The position numbers were made by a program, and so were the translations under genes. Positions 7,639 to 17,410 of a DNA stretch of 64,000 nt are shown here, piece after piece. The DNA is from a bacterium (lineage in GTDB: Bacteria; Calescibacteriota; Calescibacteriia; Calescibacteriales; Calescibacteriaceae). Within the stretch, counting starts at the first letter, position 1; each line of letters begins with the position of its first letter. The stretch lies in NCBI GenBank assembly GCA_030550715.1, contig JAUQOU010000002.1:23785-87784 (forward strand), written 5' to 3'. Under the pieces are notes generated by a model, which had not been told where the DNA came from, made no database searches, and worked only from the letters and a program-made list of their open reading frames with translations.

Positions 7639-10600
7639 TTACCAACCGCAGATTGAAGTTTCCCATCTGGTCTGACAGCCAAATGCATTTGGAGCACAGA
7701 ACCTCCCACCTGGTATCCACTTTGCTGTACCTCCCGAAGTTCCAAGATCATAAATTCTCAAAGAGCCAGAATCGTTCCCTATTATGAGGTCTAAACTTGA
7801 ATCACTATCTATATCACATACTATGGGAGAGATTGGATTTGAAGATATAGTTCCACCTGTTGATTTGGGGAATCCTGTTATATATTCGGGATACAGCTGT
7901 CCGGACCTATTTACAAGATAAAACCCGTGAATCTTACCATCACCCGTTGCAACAAATATTTCTCCACAGCCATCTCCGTTTATGTCTGCTATTGCGGGAG
8001 TAGATACTATAAATGAACCAAGATTTCGCGAAGATTTCAAGCTTCCCGATTGAGAGAGAATATATAAATTCCCTCCGGTGTTTCCAAATATTATCTCCTG
8101 ATTTGTGTCCCCTATTGCTGGAAGACAAGAATCAACATCTGTGACTGCTGGTGGAGAGATTATCTGAGCTCCTACTGTGAAATACTGCGATGTCCATCCT
8201 GAACACAATCCGCCAGTTTCACTCACACAGTAGAGCGCTCCACCTTTTGTTGCAACCAGTATTTCAAAGTTGCAGTCATTTCCGAAGTCAGCTAAAATTG
8301 GAGATGAATCAAGCGAAGTTCCGGTGTAGATAGTCCATATTTTAGTTCGTGTAGCAAGGTTTATTGCGGTTATGTATCCATCAGATGCGGTAACTATTAT
8401 TGTATCGTATGTTCCATCACAATTTGTATCTACTGGAAGTGGGGAAGAAACTATATCTGGTTGAAGGTCTCCATTTATATCTGATATTGGTGCGCTGTTC
8501 AGTCCGCATTCAAGAGGCGTTCCTGCTGGGTAGCACTGCCTGAAAGTAAATCCAGACGAACCAACCTCATAAGCTGTAACTCTACCTTTTAGGTCTCCAA
8601 CCAGAACAACTGTGGTAGAACCATCTGTAAAGATTGTAGATGGCGGAGAGAAAATTGCGGTTTCTGTGCTTTGAGATGAAAAAGATGAGAGGAAAGGAGA
8701 TGTGAGGTTGAGAACCCTTATCTTTCTGTCGGGATCTCCTGTGCCAAATACAAGCTTTCTCACAGCTGATACAAGAATTTCTAAAAACACACCCTTTATC
8801 GGACTTCCCACTGCATCTGAGTTTTGAACCGCAGTTGCTTGCGATACCGCATAAACTCTTCCGGTGGATGTTCCAAATATTATCTCTTTCTTTCCATCTC
8901 CTTCAAGGTCTCTCAAAATGGGAGTTGTGCTTATTGAACCCACTGCGTTGAATGGGCTCCAAGATTTCTCTATTGGGCATCCCGGTGGCTGAATCTTTAC
9001 AGTTGATGTTGCTTCCGCTTTATTTCCTGCATAATCATATCCTATCGCTTTTAAGATGAAAAATCCGCAGTACTCTGTTGCATCCCACGGGAATGTTGAG
9101 GTCCCGGAACCTACGTTTGTATCTACGCAAGGAACTCTTCGTGAAGTAGAGCAATCTCGTGTTGATGAGATAAATGAACCTACATCAGAAACTTTTATCT
9201 GATACTCAACTTTTTTGAAGGGATATGATGGCGGAGCGCATCCTGTATCTCCAAGATTTACATTAACACCTATGGGAGAGTTTATTGATGAATTGTTCGG
9301 TGGAGATATTATTGTAACAGTGGGAGGTGTGTTATCTACTAATATCGGTGCGGTTTGAGTGTTTGTATTCCCTGCGCGATCAATAGCTATTATTTGTATT
9401 GTGTGAGGACCGTCTGAAAAAGCTGATGAATTCCATGTTATTTGGTATGTCTGAGGAGTAGAGCAAGAAATTGACGAACCTGGAGAGATTGTATTTATGA
9501 GTGTTGAATCAACGTAAAAGCTTACCCTCTCCAAAAATCCATTATCACAAGCAGAAAATACAACTTTGGTTGAACCAGATGGGCTATTTGAAACGCATTC
9601 GCTTGCAGAAGGAAAGATTAAATTCAGTCCCGGAGGGGTGTTATCAACTTTGAAATCTCTTATCTGCGTATTCGCTTTCCCTCCCTTATCATAGGAAGTC
9701 GCAAAAATTCTTTTTGATCCATCTGAACCACACTGTGCAGGAGTTAGTGTTGCAAATACATTCGCAGTAGTTGATGGAGGAGAGATATTAAATACTATGT
9801 TTGCAAGATCTGATGATGTTGTTATATCTACTAACCTTATAACAACTGCTGTAATTGTGTTGATATCAGATGTTGAAACTCCGATAACTGTGTTTGTTGG
9901 ACATGTGAGATAAAATGCTGTGGGAGATGTAATAGAAGCTGATGGTGCGATATTATCTACCATTACGACAATCTGCGTTACTTCTTGATTTCCTGCTGAG
10001 TCAAGAACTACTCCCGTTATAACGACATCGTTTGCATCTCCCATTGTAGCCCAGTTTCTGATACATGTTCCAGAAGGAGCGTTTACTGTGCATGATCCGA
10101 GAGAACTTGAACCGGCAGTTATGCTTATAGAAGAAACCCTGTTCAAATCAACTCCCGATACTCTTATTGTAACTGTTCCTTGCAAAACCGAATCAGTTGA
10201 AGGTTCAACGAAGAAGGCAGTAGGAGGGGTTCTATCTATTATAAAAGTTGTAGGGGACGGAGTTATAAAGCTGTTTCCCGCTTCGTCAAATATCGCAGCT
10301 GTTATGCTGTGAGTTCCTTCCAAAAGCAGAGAAATATCTGCTGCGATGGAGTAGGGAGATGAACTATCTACTCCTACGAGATTGTTATCTATATAGAATT
10401 CAACTCTGTTCAAGAGAATATTATCTGATGCCGAAACCTGAATTGTCAGACCATTTGAGTTTGTAAGAAAACCCGATGTTGGAGCTGATATGTTTCCCGA
10501 CGGCGGAGTATTATCTATCACTACAAATATCTCAGAAAAACTTGAATTCCCGGCTCTATCGTATGCTACTCCTCTTATTGAATGCGTTCCATCTGAATAA

Positions 10601-13119
10601 AGTGATGTGTTCAAGATAAAGTTGTATGGATTTGACGGATTTGAGACATCAAATAGTTTTACGCTATCTATAAATATTGATAGTGCTGTCACCCCGTTTG
10701 CATCAAAGTTGGCTATCTGAACCGGTGTTGAACCCCTTATGTAAGAACCAGAAGAAGGAGTTATTATCCCTACAGAAGGTGGAACATTATCTATCGTTAC
10801 GGAAATTCCGAACACTGTTTTAAATCCCGCAAGGTCTTCAACAGAAGCTGTAATAGAAGCTGATGGAAAAGAGGAGATAGATGTGGAATCCCATACTATT
10901 TTGTAAGGAGGAGATGTTTTTTCGCAAATTAGCGTTTCTGCATCGCATACTCTGACACTATTTACAAAGAACTCAACTTTTTTAACTTCTATGTTATCTG
11001 ATGCATTTACTTCAAGCGCGACCAATCCGCCTATCACTGCTCCTGGTGAAGGACTTATAAAATTTCCTGTCGGAGGTGTGTTATCTATTCTTATGTTTCT
11101 TATGCCAGATGAAGCTTTGTTCCCGGCAAGGTCCTCTGCTTTTATCTCTATTGTATGTGTGCCATCTGAGTAAGAGAGGGTATTGAGGTTAAATTTGAAG
11201 ACATTCGGCGAAATTGTCGGATTTGTAAGGATAGAATGGAATATTCCATCTACATAAAGCTCAACTCTTTTGAGGATTCCATCTGGGGAATCATTTACTA
11301 CTGATGTTATTTCAGCTGATGAGCCAGTTATAACTCCGTTTTCAGGCGGACTCTGAATTGAAGCTACCGGAGGGGTATTGTCAAATGTCACACTTACCGA
11401 GTAAGATGTTGAACCACCAGAAAAGTATCCTATAACTCTTATTGTTTTTTGCCCATCTGCGTGTAATCGTGTATCTTCTTGAAAGACAAAGGGAGATGAG
11501 AACGGAGGAGTGGCTGTCTGTCTTTTCAGTGAATTTATCCATAACTCAAGTTTCTGGAAGTTTCCAGAAAAGTTTACCTCAACGCTCATTATACCTTTTA
11601 TATACGAGTTTGGTGAGGGAGAGGTTATGATAATTGAAGGAGAAGATTGGGTTGTAAACGAAAATGTGACAGGATTAGAGAGTGAATTTCCCGCAAGGTC
11701 TCTTATGTCTCCTGTTATGTATACCCAATATGTTTTACCAGGTTGTAAAGAAGAAATCGGAGATAATGAGATAGTTCTCAGGTCTGTGCTGAATGTTATG
11801 TTTGAGTTTATTTTATTTATTCCATCGCTTATGAAAAGTGATGATGAATTTACCGTTGAGGTGTTTATGGGTTCGGAGAAGACAAGCTTTATTGTTGGGT
11901 TCAAAGATACATTTGTGGGCTGTTCGGGTAAATTTACCTTTTTGTTATCTATGTATATTTCAAGGAGTTGTGGTGGGATATTGTCTGTTGTTCCTCCACC
12001 TCCTCCGCCTGTGGTTGTTCCTGTTGAGAACACAGAGATGAAATCTTGAATCATTTCGTTCCCGCTTTTGTCTTTAACTCTTACCTTAACCGTGTATTGA
12101 GTGTTCGGTTTGAGTAGATTTAGCGGTGAGATTGTGAGCTGATAGAAATTAGGGTCATAGTTAAAAGTATAATTTACGGGAGTTGCCCCTCCTTCAAGGA
12201 TATTTACTCTTGATGTTATATCTGATGTATCTATATCTTCTGAAAAGAGGATTATTATTTTGGTATTCAGTGGAATTCCTGCGGAGTTTGGAGGCGGAGA
12301 GATGAAGATAACTTCTGGCGGAGTTACGTCTGGTCCGATTCCGAAAGTGCTGAAAAGCCATACAACATTTACTCCAAGTTTTTCTCCATCAAAAGCAGTT
12401 ATGTCTTCTCGTAAAGTTACTATATATGTTTGAGAAGGTTCAAGAGGACTTTTTGGCTTTAAAATGGCAATTTCTTCCCCTTCTATGTAGTTTATTGTTG
12501 AATCTATTATCTTTCCGTTTATATCTTGGAGGAAAAAGTTTGAGGAGTTTATATTAATTATTCTTTTTGAGAAGACAGCATATATAATTGTGTCTTGCCT
12601 GACAACTGAAAGGTGAGGAGGATATATTTTTTTTATGAGTGGTGGAAGAGTAGGGGGAGGAATAACAGAGATTTGACCTTTAACTACGGTAAACTCCCAA
12701 GAAAAATCATCTTGAAGTTCCTGACCTATTATGCTTTTTATCTTTTTTGATACGAAGACCTTGTATTTTCCGAGACCAGTTATGTCTGGTGTTAGCTCTA
12801 CCTTCTGCTTATCTATGATTTTTATCTGCTTTTTTATCTCTGTTCCGTCTTTGTAAACCTTTATTGTGTCATCTGATATAGTTGTTTCATCTAATATTTT
12901 TGAGAACGAAATTGAGATTTTGAGTGGGACAGAGGTCAAAGGGAGCTGAAATCCGCTTGGTGGGAAGAAATCAAGTATCCTGAACTCTGGGGTGGGTTTT
13001 CCTGTCCCTCTTGCGCAGGAAAAAATAAGAAATAAAAAGCAGAAAAAGTAGAACGAGAAATTTTGATAAACTGTATGATAACTACATTTTGAGGAATTAT
13101 CATTTTCCCTTCTCGGCAT
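7639..13119 (-). CDS. giant (about 1826 aa) surface lipoprotein: SbsA/Big-type Ig-like domains, tandem Ig modules and a C-terminal FG-GAP/VCBS-like beta-propeller
   Basis: Lipobox-like LIFSC. A (G)6 linker. At least 8 modules start with DNTPP-type motifs. The C-terminus carries DLEGDGKKEI, DINGDG and CDIDSDSSLDLIIGN repeats. I prefer the ATG at 13119. Confidence 0.85.
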   Translation of the reverse strand: MPRRENDNSSKCSYHTVYQNFSFYFFCFLFLIFSCARGTGKPTPEFRILDFFPPSGFQLPLTSVPLKISISFSKILDETTISDDTIKVYKDGTEIKKQIKIIDKQKVELTPDITGLGKYKVFVSKKIKSIIGQELQDDFSWEFTVVKGQISVIPPPTLPPLIKKIYPPHLSVVRQDTIIYAVFSKRIININSSNFFLQDINGKIIDSTINYIEGEEIAILKPKSPLEPSQTYIVTLREDITAFDGEKLGVNVVWLFSTFGIGPDVTPPEVIFISPPPNSAGIPLNTKIIILFSEDIDTSDITSRVNILEGGATPVNYTFNYDPNFYQLTISPLNLLKPNTQYTVKVRVKDKSGNEMIQDFISVFSTGTTTGGGGGGTTDNIPPQLLEIYIDNKKVNLPEQPTNVSLNPTIKLVFSEPINTSTVNSSSLFISDGINKINSNITFSTDLRTISLSPISSLQPGKTYWVYITGDIRDLAGNSLSNPVTFSFTTQSSPSIIITSPSPNSYIKGIMSVEVNFSGNFQKLELWINSLKRQTATPPFSSPFVFQEDTRLHADGQKTIRVIGYFSGGSTSYSVSVTFDNTPPVASIQSPPENGVITGSSAEITSVVNDSPDGILKRVELYVDGIFHSILTNPTISPNVFKFNLNTLSYSDGTHTIEIKAEDLAGNKASSGIRNIRIDNTPPTGNFISPSPGAVIGGLVALEVNASDNIEVKKVEFFVNSVRVCDAETLICEKTSPPYKIVWDSTSISSFPSASITASVEDLAGFKTVFGISVTIDNVPPSVGIITPSSGSYIRGSTPVQIANFDANGVTALSIFIDSVKLFDVSNPSNPYNFILNTSLYSDGTHSIRGVAYDRAGNSSFSEIFVVIDNTPPSGNISAPTSGFLTNSNGLTIQVSASDNILLNRVEFYIDNNLVGVDSSSPYSIAADISLLLEGTHSITAAIFDEAGNSFITPSPTTFIIDRTPPTAFFVEPSTDSVLQGTVTIRVSGVDLNRVSSISITAGSSSLGSCTVNAPSGTCIRNWATMGDANDVVITGVVLDSAGNQEVTQIVVMVDNIAPSASITSPTAFYLTCPTNTVIGVSTSDINTITAVVIRLVDITTSSDLANIVFNISPPSTTANVFATLTPAQCGSDGSKRIFATSYDKGGKANTQIRDFKVDNTPPGLNLIFPSASECVSNSPSGSTKVVFSACDNGFLERVSFYVDSTLINTISPGSSISCSTPQTYQITWNSSAFSDGPHTIQIIAIDRAGNTNTQTAPILVDNTPPTVTIISPPNNSSINSPIGVNVNLGDTGCAPPSYPFKKVEYQIKVSDVGSFISSTRDCSTSRRVPCVDTNVGSGTSTFPWDATEYCGFFILKAIGYDYAGNKAEATSTVKIQPPGCPIEKSWSPFNAVGSISTTPILRDLEGDGKKEIIFGTSTGRVYAVSQATAVQNSDAVGSPIKGVFLEILVSAVRKLVFGTGDPDRKIRVLNLTSPFLSSFSSQSTETAIFSPPSTIFTDGSTTVVLVGDLKGRVTAYEVGSSGFTFRQCYPAGTPLECGLNSAPISDINGDLQPDIVSSPLPVDTNCDGTYDTIIVTASDGYITAINLATRTKIWTIYTGTSLDSSPILADFGNDCNFEILVATKGGALYCVSETGGLCSGWTSQYFTVGAQIISPPAVTDVDSCLPAIGDTNQEIIFGNTGGNLYILSQSGSLKSSRNLGSFIVSTPAIADINGDGCGEIFVATGDGKIHGFYLVNRSGQLYPEYITGFPKSTGGTISSNPISPIVCDIDSDSSLDLIIGNDSGSLRIYDLGTSGGTAKWIPGGRFCAPNAFGCQTRWETSICGW
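9000..11400 (-). repeat. tandem array of about 8 Ig-like coding modules (about 280-310 nt period) inside the giant gene
   Basis: The complement of the (V/I)DNTPP motif (ggWggDgtRttatc-like) recurs near 9321, 9631, 9941, 10221, 10501, 10781, 11071 and 11371. Confidence 0.7.
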
Positions 13120-13232
13120 TTTTATCCTCAAAGAAATATTTTATCGTAATTTATTGAGAATTATTTACTTATCTCTTATTATTTCTTGATAAATCTTAAT
13201 TCTTTTCAGTTTTTATCTTTTGAATTTTTGTT

Positions 13233-14606
13233 TTATGTTCCTGAGAGGTTTTCAATCTGTGATATTATATTTGTAATAGAGGGTGGAAAGATATATACAG
13301 CGTTTTGGTCCTGTAAAGCTCCTACAATTCCCTTTGTTCCCTTTATATTTTTTGCTTCACCTAAAACAAGATAATAGGGTATCGCTTTACCTTCTACTTC
13401 TATTTTAACTCTCAGCTTCTCCTCGGGTATATATTTTGTAATATCTTTTACATTATCCTCTAAGAAATCTACTACTTCTACATTAGAAAGTTGGGAGAGG
13501 AGTTCTTTTACTTTTGATGAGTCAAGCTCTTTTTTCTGGTCTTTCCCCAAAAGGTACCACTTTTCAACATTTTCCTTATCTCTCTGGATTATTGTTGACC
13601 TATCTTTTCTTTCAATTGCTATCTCTTTCACTCTCCACACATAGTAGCTTATTACTTTTCTCTCTCTATATTTTGATGCAAAAAGAGTGTTGTAGAAATC
13701 TCCGCTGACCTCCACCGTAAAGATATTAGGTCTGTCAGGTCTTTTAGCATATATCAGTTTATCTTTCAGCTTCAGAAAAATTTCAAATTTTTCTCCGCCC
13801 TGAGTTATAGCTTTTATGATTATATCTGGCTCTCCGAAATCAAAATGAGGTTCTGTTGTATCTGAAACAAAGTTTATGACTTTTATTCCATTTATCTTGT
13901 AGAGAAGGTCCCTCACTTCACTTTCTTTTGCTTTCACAAAAGTTGTGTTTTCTGGGAATTTTATATACCAGGTTGTTCCGCCTTCTTCTCTCTTTTCAAA
14001 AAGATAGGTCTGATTTTCCTTTTGTATTATGAGCTCTTTTACATCTGGGACCACGAAGTCCATAGGTCTTCTCTCTCTGAAATCTTCAAACTTTTTATCT
14101 ATGACTGACTCAAGAGCTCCGCTTACGAGAACGACTTTCTTTTCTGGGTCGTCTTCTCGCATTGCATATACGCTGTAGCCAACCTGTGATTTCAGCCCAA
14201 TAAAAATACTGAACTCTTTCCCATCGTCAAGCTTTATTTTTACCTTGAACCTCGGATTGTCTAATCCAAATTCTTTAAGATCTTTTGGATTTTTCTCTAT
14301 CAATCTTTCAATTTCTACGGAGGAGTATCTTGATGCGATTGGGTCTACGGAGAATCTATCTGCCTCTGCCCAGATAGGGTATATTATATCCCACTTTGAA
14401 TCTTTCTTTCTGAAGCCGATTTTCTGTCCTTCTGGTTTTTCTATCCATATTTCGGAAACCTTTGAAGAATCATATTCTATGAGTTTCTTCTCTCTTTCTT
14501 CCTTTTCCTTTTTTCTTTTTTCTGCCGGTTTGAGTAGAAGGAAGTATCCTCCTACCACAATAACAAAGAGAACAAAAAGAATTATTGTTTGTCTGAACAC
14601 TTTCAT
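13233..14606 (-). CDS. DUF4340-like membrane-anchored protein
   Basis: N-terminal TM helix. Repeated pattern ...AD.FSVDPIASRYSSVEIERLI...LKEFGLDNPRFKVKI.LDDGKEFSIFIG is typical of DUF4340. Confidence 0.55.
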   Translation of the reverse strand: MKVFRQTIILFVLFVIVVGGYFLLLKPAEKRKKEKEEREKKLIEYDSSKVSEIWIEKPEGQKIGFRKKDSKWDIIYPIWAEADRFSVDPIASRYSSVEIERLIEKNPKDLKEFGLDNPRFKVKIKLDDGKEFSIFIGLKSQVGYSVYAMREDDPEKKVVLVSGALESVIDKKFEDFRERRPMDFVVPDVKELIIQKENQTYLFEKREEGGTTWYIKFPENTTFVKAKESEVRDLLYKINGIKVINFVSDTTEPHFDFGEPDIIIKAITQGGEKFEIFLKLKDKLIYAKRPDRPNIFTVEVSGDFYNTLFASKYRERKVISYYVWRVKEIAIERKDRSTIIQRDKENVEKWYLLGKDQKKELDSSKVKELLSQLSNVEVVDFLEDNVKDITKYIPEEKLRVKIEVEGKAIPYYLVLGEAKNIKGTKGIVGALQDQNAVYIFPPSITNIISQIENLSGT

Positions 14607-14684
14607 AGAGGTAAAAATGTAATTATTTCTATGTATTTTTTAATAATTTGGTTTTCCGAGATTATCAAAATATCTGAATTCTTA

Positions 14685-15737
14685 TTATTCTGATGTTTTT
14701 TTTATGAAGTTTTTGATAAAGTATATGATTTTGCGTTTCAATTTTCCTCCGAGAAATCTAAGGTAGTGAATATAAAAATATGCATTTGCGATTGATGGCG
14801 GGAGTATGGAGAGCTTAACCTGTGCATATAATGCCTCCTTTAGCCCGAGCTTACCTTTTTTCTTGCTCACTCCTTCCCTAACAATGCATACTACTTTATC
14901 TACAAATTCTGCTTTGAGTTTTTCTTTTTTTCTGAGGAGCAGTTCATAATCTCCTGCGATTTTATATTCAGTGTTAAAAAGTCCGACTTCGTCAAATAGG
15001 TTTCTGTTGTGAAGAGAAGCGGGATGAGCTGTTGTCATTTTAAACCTGAACTCTTTCCAATCCCACCTTTTCCCGAAGATTTTTTCATATTTTTCACCTT
15101 CATAGATTATTTTCACTTTTGCTGAACAATAGTCAGGTTCAATTCCTCTTTCTCTTTCAAATTGAATGCTATGCCTTATGAGTGTCTCTATTGCATCTTG
15201 TACCATTATATCATCTGATCCCAAGAACACTATCCATTTTCCGAAAGATAAAATCACTCCTTTATTGAAAGCGTCGTAGATTCCTCTATCTCTTTCGCTT
15301 ACCCAGTAATCTATACTATCTTCATATTTTTTTATTATTTCTAATGTTCTGTCTGTGCTTCCACCGTCAATGACTATGAACTCCAGATTCGGATAAGATT
15401 GTGCTACTACGCTTTTTATGGTTTCCTCAATTGTTTTTTCTGAATTTAAAGATGCGGTTATTACGGAGACAAGAGGGAATTTATCTGAAAAAAAATTTCT
15501 CTCTCTGCAAAATCTCTCAATTTTTTCTTGAATTTCCCCTGGGGCTTGCTTTAGCGGATTTATATATTGATCGCATATATACCAGGTGTTTTCTACTTTT
15601 TTGTAGTTGTGTTTAAAAAGTCCTTTTTTTCTCATTCCACCTTCGCCTTTTCTTCCTTCCGATTGGGGAAGGAAGATTTTTGGTTTTATGCGTTTTGATT
15701 CGTCTAATACGGGTTTTTCGCTCGTTATTATTTTCAT
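14685..15737 (-). CDS. family 2 glycosyltransferase with about 85-aa N-terminal extension
   Basis: VSVITASLNSEKTIEETIKSVVAQSYPNLEFIVIDGGSTDRT followed by the GSDD motif. Confidence 0.85.
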   Translation of the reverse strand: MKIITSEKPVLDESKRIKPKIFLPQSEGRKGEGGMRKKGLFKHNYKKVENTWYICDQYINPLKQAPGEIQEKIERFCRERNFFSDKFPLVSVITASLNSEKTIEETIKSVVAQSYPNLEFIVIDGGSTDRTLEIIKKYEDSIDYWVSERDRGIYDAFNKGVILSFGKWIVFLGSDDIMVQDAIETLIRHSIQFERERGIEPDYCSAKVKIIYEGEKYEKIFGKRWDWKEFRFKMTTAHPASLHNRNLFDEVGLFNTEYKIAGDYELLLRKKEKLKAEFVDKVVCIVREGVSKKKGKLGLKEALYAQVKLSILPPSIANAYFYIHYLRFLGGKLKRKIIYFIKNFIKKTSE

Positions 15738-15815
15738 AATCGGATTTTTTGCGATGAATAAAAGATAAAGCAGAAAAAATACAGTTATTGAGTAAGATGA
15801 ATTTTATTTTTATTT

Positions 15816-16616
15816 ATGGGCGGTTTGGTGGTATCATTTGCGAATCAAAAGGGTGGAGTAGGCAAAACAACTCTTGCGATAAACCTTGGAAGTGCGCTTG
15901 CGATGAGCGATTTCAAAGTTCTTATAGTAGATTTTGACCCGCAAGCTCATATCACAGTTGGACTTGAAGTATCTCCCGAAGAAAAAGGCACAATATACCA
16001 TGCCATTTTGGGAGAGAAAGATATAAAAGATATTATCTTTCCTACAAAGGTTGAGAACTTATTTGTTGTTCCAGCAGATGAAGACCTTGCCGGATTTGAA
16101 GCTGAGTTCTTTGACAAAAGCGAAAACCAGTTCATCTTGAAAAAAGAGATAGATAAAATAAGGGATAGATTTGATTTTATATTTATAGATTGTCCTCCAT
16201 CAATAGGTATTTACACTATAAATGCTCTGTGCGCATCAGATTATGTTATCATTCCTGTTCTTGCTGATTTTTTCTCTCTTGAAGGATTTTCAAAATTTTT
16301 CAAAGCAGTTGAAGAAATAAGAGATGGACTGAATCCATCGCTGGAAATCTTAGGCATAGTGATAAATATGTATGACAAAAGGGCAAGGCTGACACGAGAA
16401 GTTGAGGAAGAATTTTTGAAGTATTTTCCGGGTAAGGTTTTTAGCGTTAGGATACCGAAGAATGTGAAAATAGCCGAAGCGCCGAGCTTTGGACTGCCTG
16501 TCCTACTATATAAACCATCATCTCCGGGATCAGACGCATTTTCATCTCTGGCAGAAGAATTTTTAGAAAGAATAAAACAGTATAAAGAAGAAAAAGAATC
16601 CGCTTCAAAAAACTGA
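15816..16616 (+). CDS. ParA/Soj-family P-loop ATPase (no parB adjacent)
   Basis: Deviant Walker A NQKGGVGKTT, followed by IDCPPS. Confidence 0.85.
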   Translation: MGGLVVSFANQKGGVGKTTLAINLGSALAMSDFKVLIVDFDPQAHITVGLEVSPEEKGTIYHAILGEKDIKDIIFPTKVENLFVVPADEDLAGFEAEFFDKSENQFILKKEIDKIRDRFDFIFIDCPPSIGIYTINALCASDYVIIPVLADFFSLEGFSKFFKAVEEIRDGLNPSLEILGIVINMYDKRARLTREVEEEFLKYFPGKVFSVRIPKNVKIAEAPSFGLPVLLYKPSSPGSDAFSSLAEEFLERIKQYKEEKESASKN

Positions 16617-16646
16617 TCAGAAGTCCTCCCCAAAAGATTTGCTATA

Positions 16647-17345
16647 TTACCTCGTTTTAAGTTTTCTTTCAAGAAGCTTTATTATTCTTGAAATCTCTTT
16701 TTTGTTTATCTTTGTGAACTCAAATCCTGCTTTATACTTTCCGTGAGAATCAAGAGAGTAGTGCTTTAGCTTCGCCTTACCCTCTAAACTATATTTACCC
16801 CCCTTATGTTCTATATTTAACCTGAAATCTATTTCTTCTTCTATCAGCGGGAGAAAATACTCTATCATTCTATCTTTTATCTGCATTAGAGCAGAAAATC
16901 CTCCTAAACTCAGGTCAACGAGGGAACAGAAGAACGCATAGCCTGTTGCTCTTTTTATCAAAACTTCGCTTTTTGAATCAACTTTTAATCTGTGGAACCT
17001 TCTTCTCTCACAAAGAAAAATATGCTCTGGCTTTTCAATAACAAATATATATGGTTTTGTATCGTCTATTTTTTCAAGGATTTTTGATTTAAAAGCTATC
17101 AGTCCTCTTTGAGAAAGTGTCCTTATTTCATATTTTTTCCCGGGGGTTAAGGAGTTATTCATTCTTATGATGATATTTTGACCTTTTGTACCAACGATAA
17201 AGCCCGTTGAGTAATCTTTATCTTTATCACCCTTTATCTCAAACTCTGTTATGTTTTGAGCTATCTCTTCTATAAGCTCGTTTATTTTGCCACCTACCTT
17301 TATTTTCTGATCAAATTCTCTTATAGGGATCTCAAAATAAGCCAT
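16647..17345 (-). CDS. PilZ domain protein with YcgR-like N-terminal domain
   Basis: RRRFHR and DLSLGG c-di-GMP-binding motifs lie in the C-terminal half. Confidence 0.7.
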   Translation of the reverse strand: MAYFEIPIREFDQKIKVGGKINELIEEIAQNITEFEIKGDKDKDYSTGFIVGTKGQNIIIRMNNSLTPGKKYEIRTLSQRGLIAFKSKILEKIDDTKPYIFVIEKPEHIFLCERRRFHRLKVDSKSEVLIKRATGYAFFCSLVDLSLGGFSALMQIKDRMIEYFLPLIEEEIDFRLNIEHKGGKYSLEGKAKLKHYSLDSHGKYKAGFEFTKINKKEISRIIKLLERKLKTR

Positions 17346-17410
17346 ATCTACATTTTAGTATTTTAATAATTTTTTGATTTTTGTTGTATTAAGAAAGGGT
17401 TGAGGGAACT

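Noticed and set aside
11510-12049. 179-aa plus-strand ORF and other antisense ORFs inside the giant gene
   Set aside because: It is antisense to a clearly domain-structured CDS and has low-complexity composition and no RBS. The same reasoning applies to 4660..5124, 18387..18872, 28352..28792, 40851..41447, 52385..52798 and similar track ORFs.
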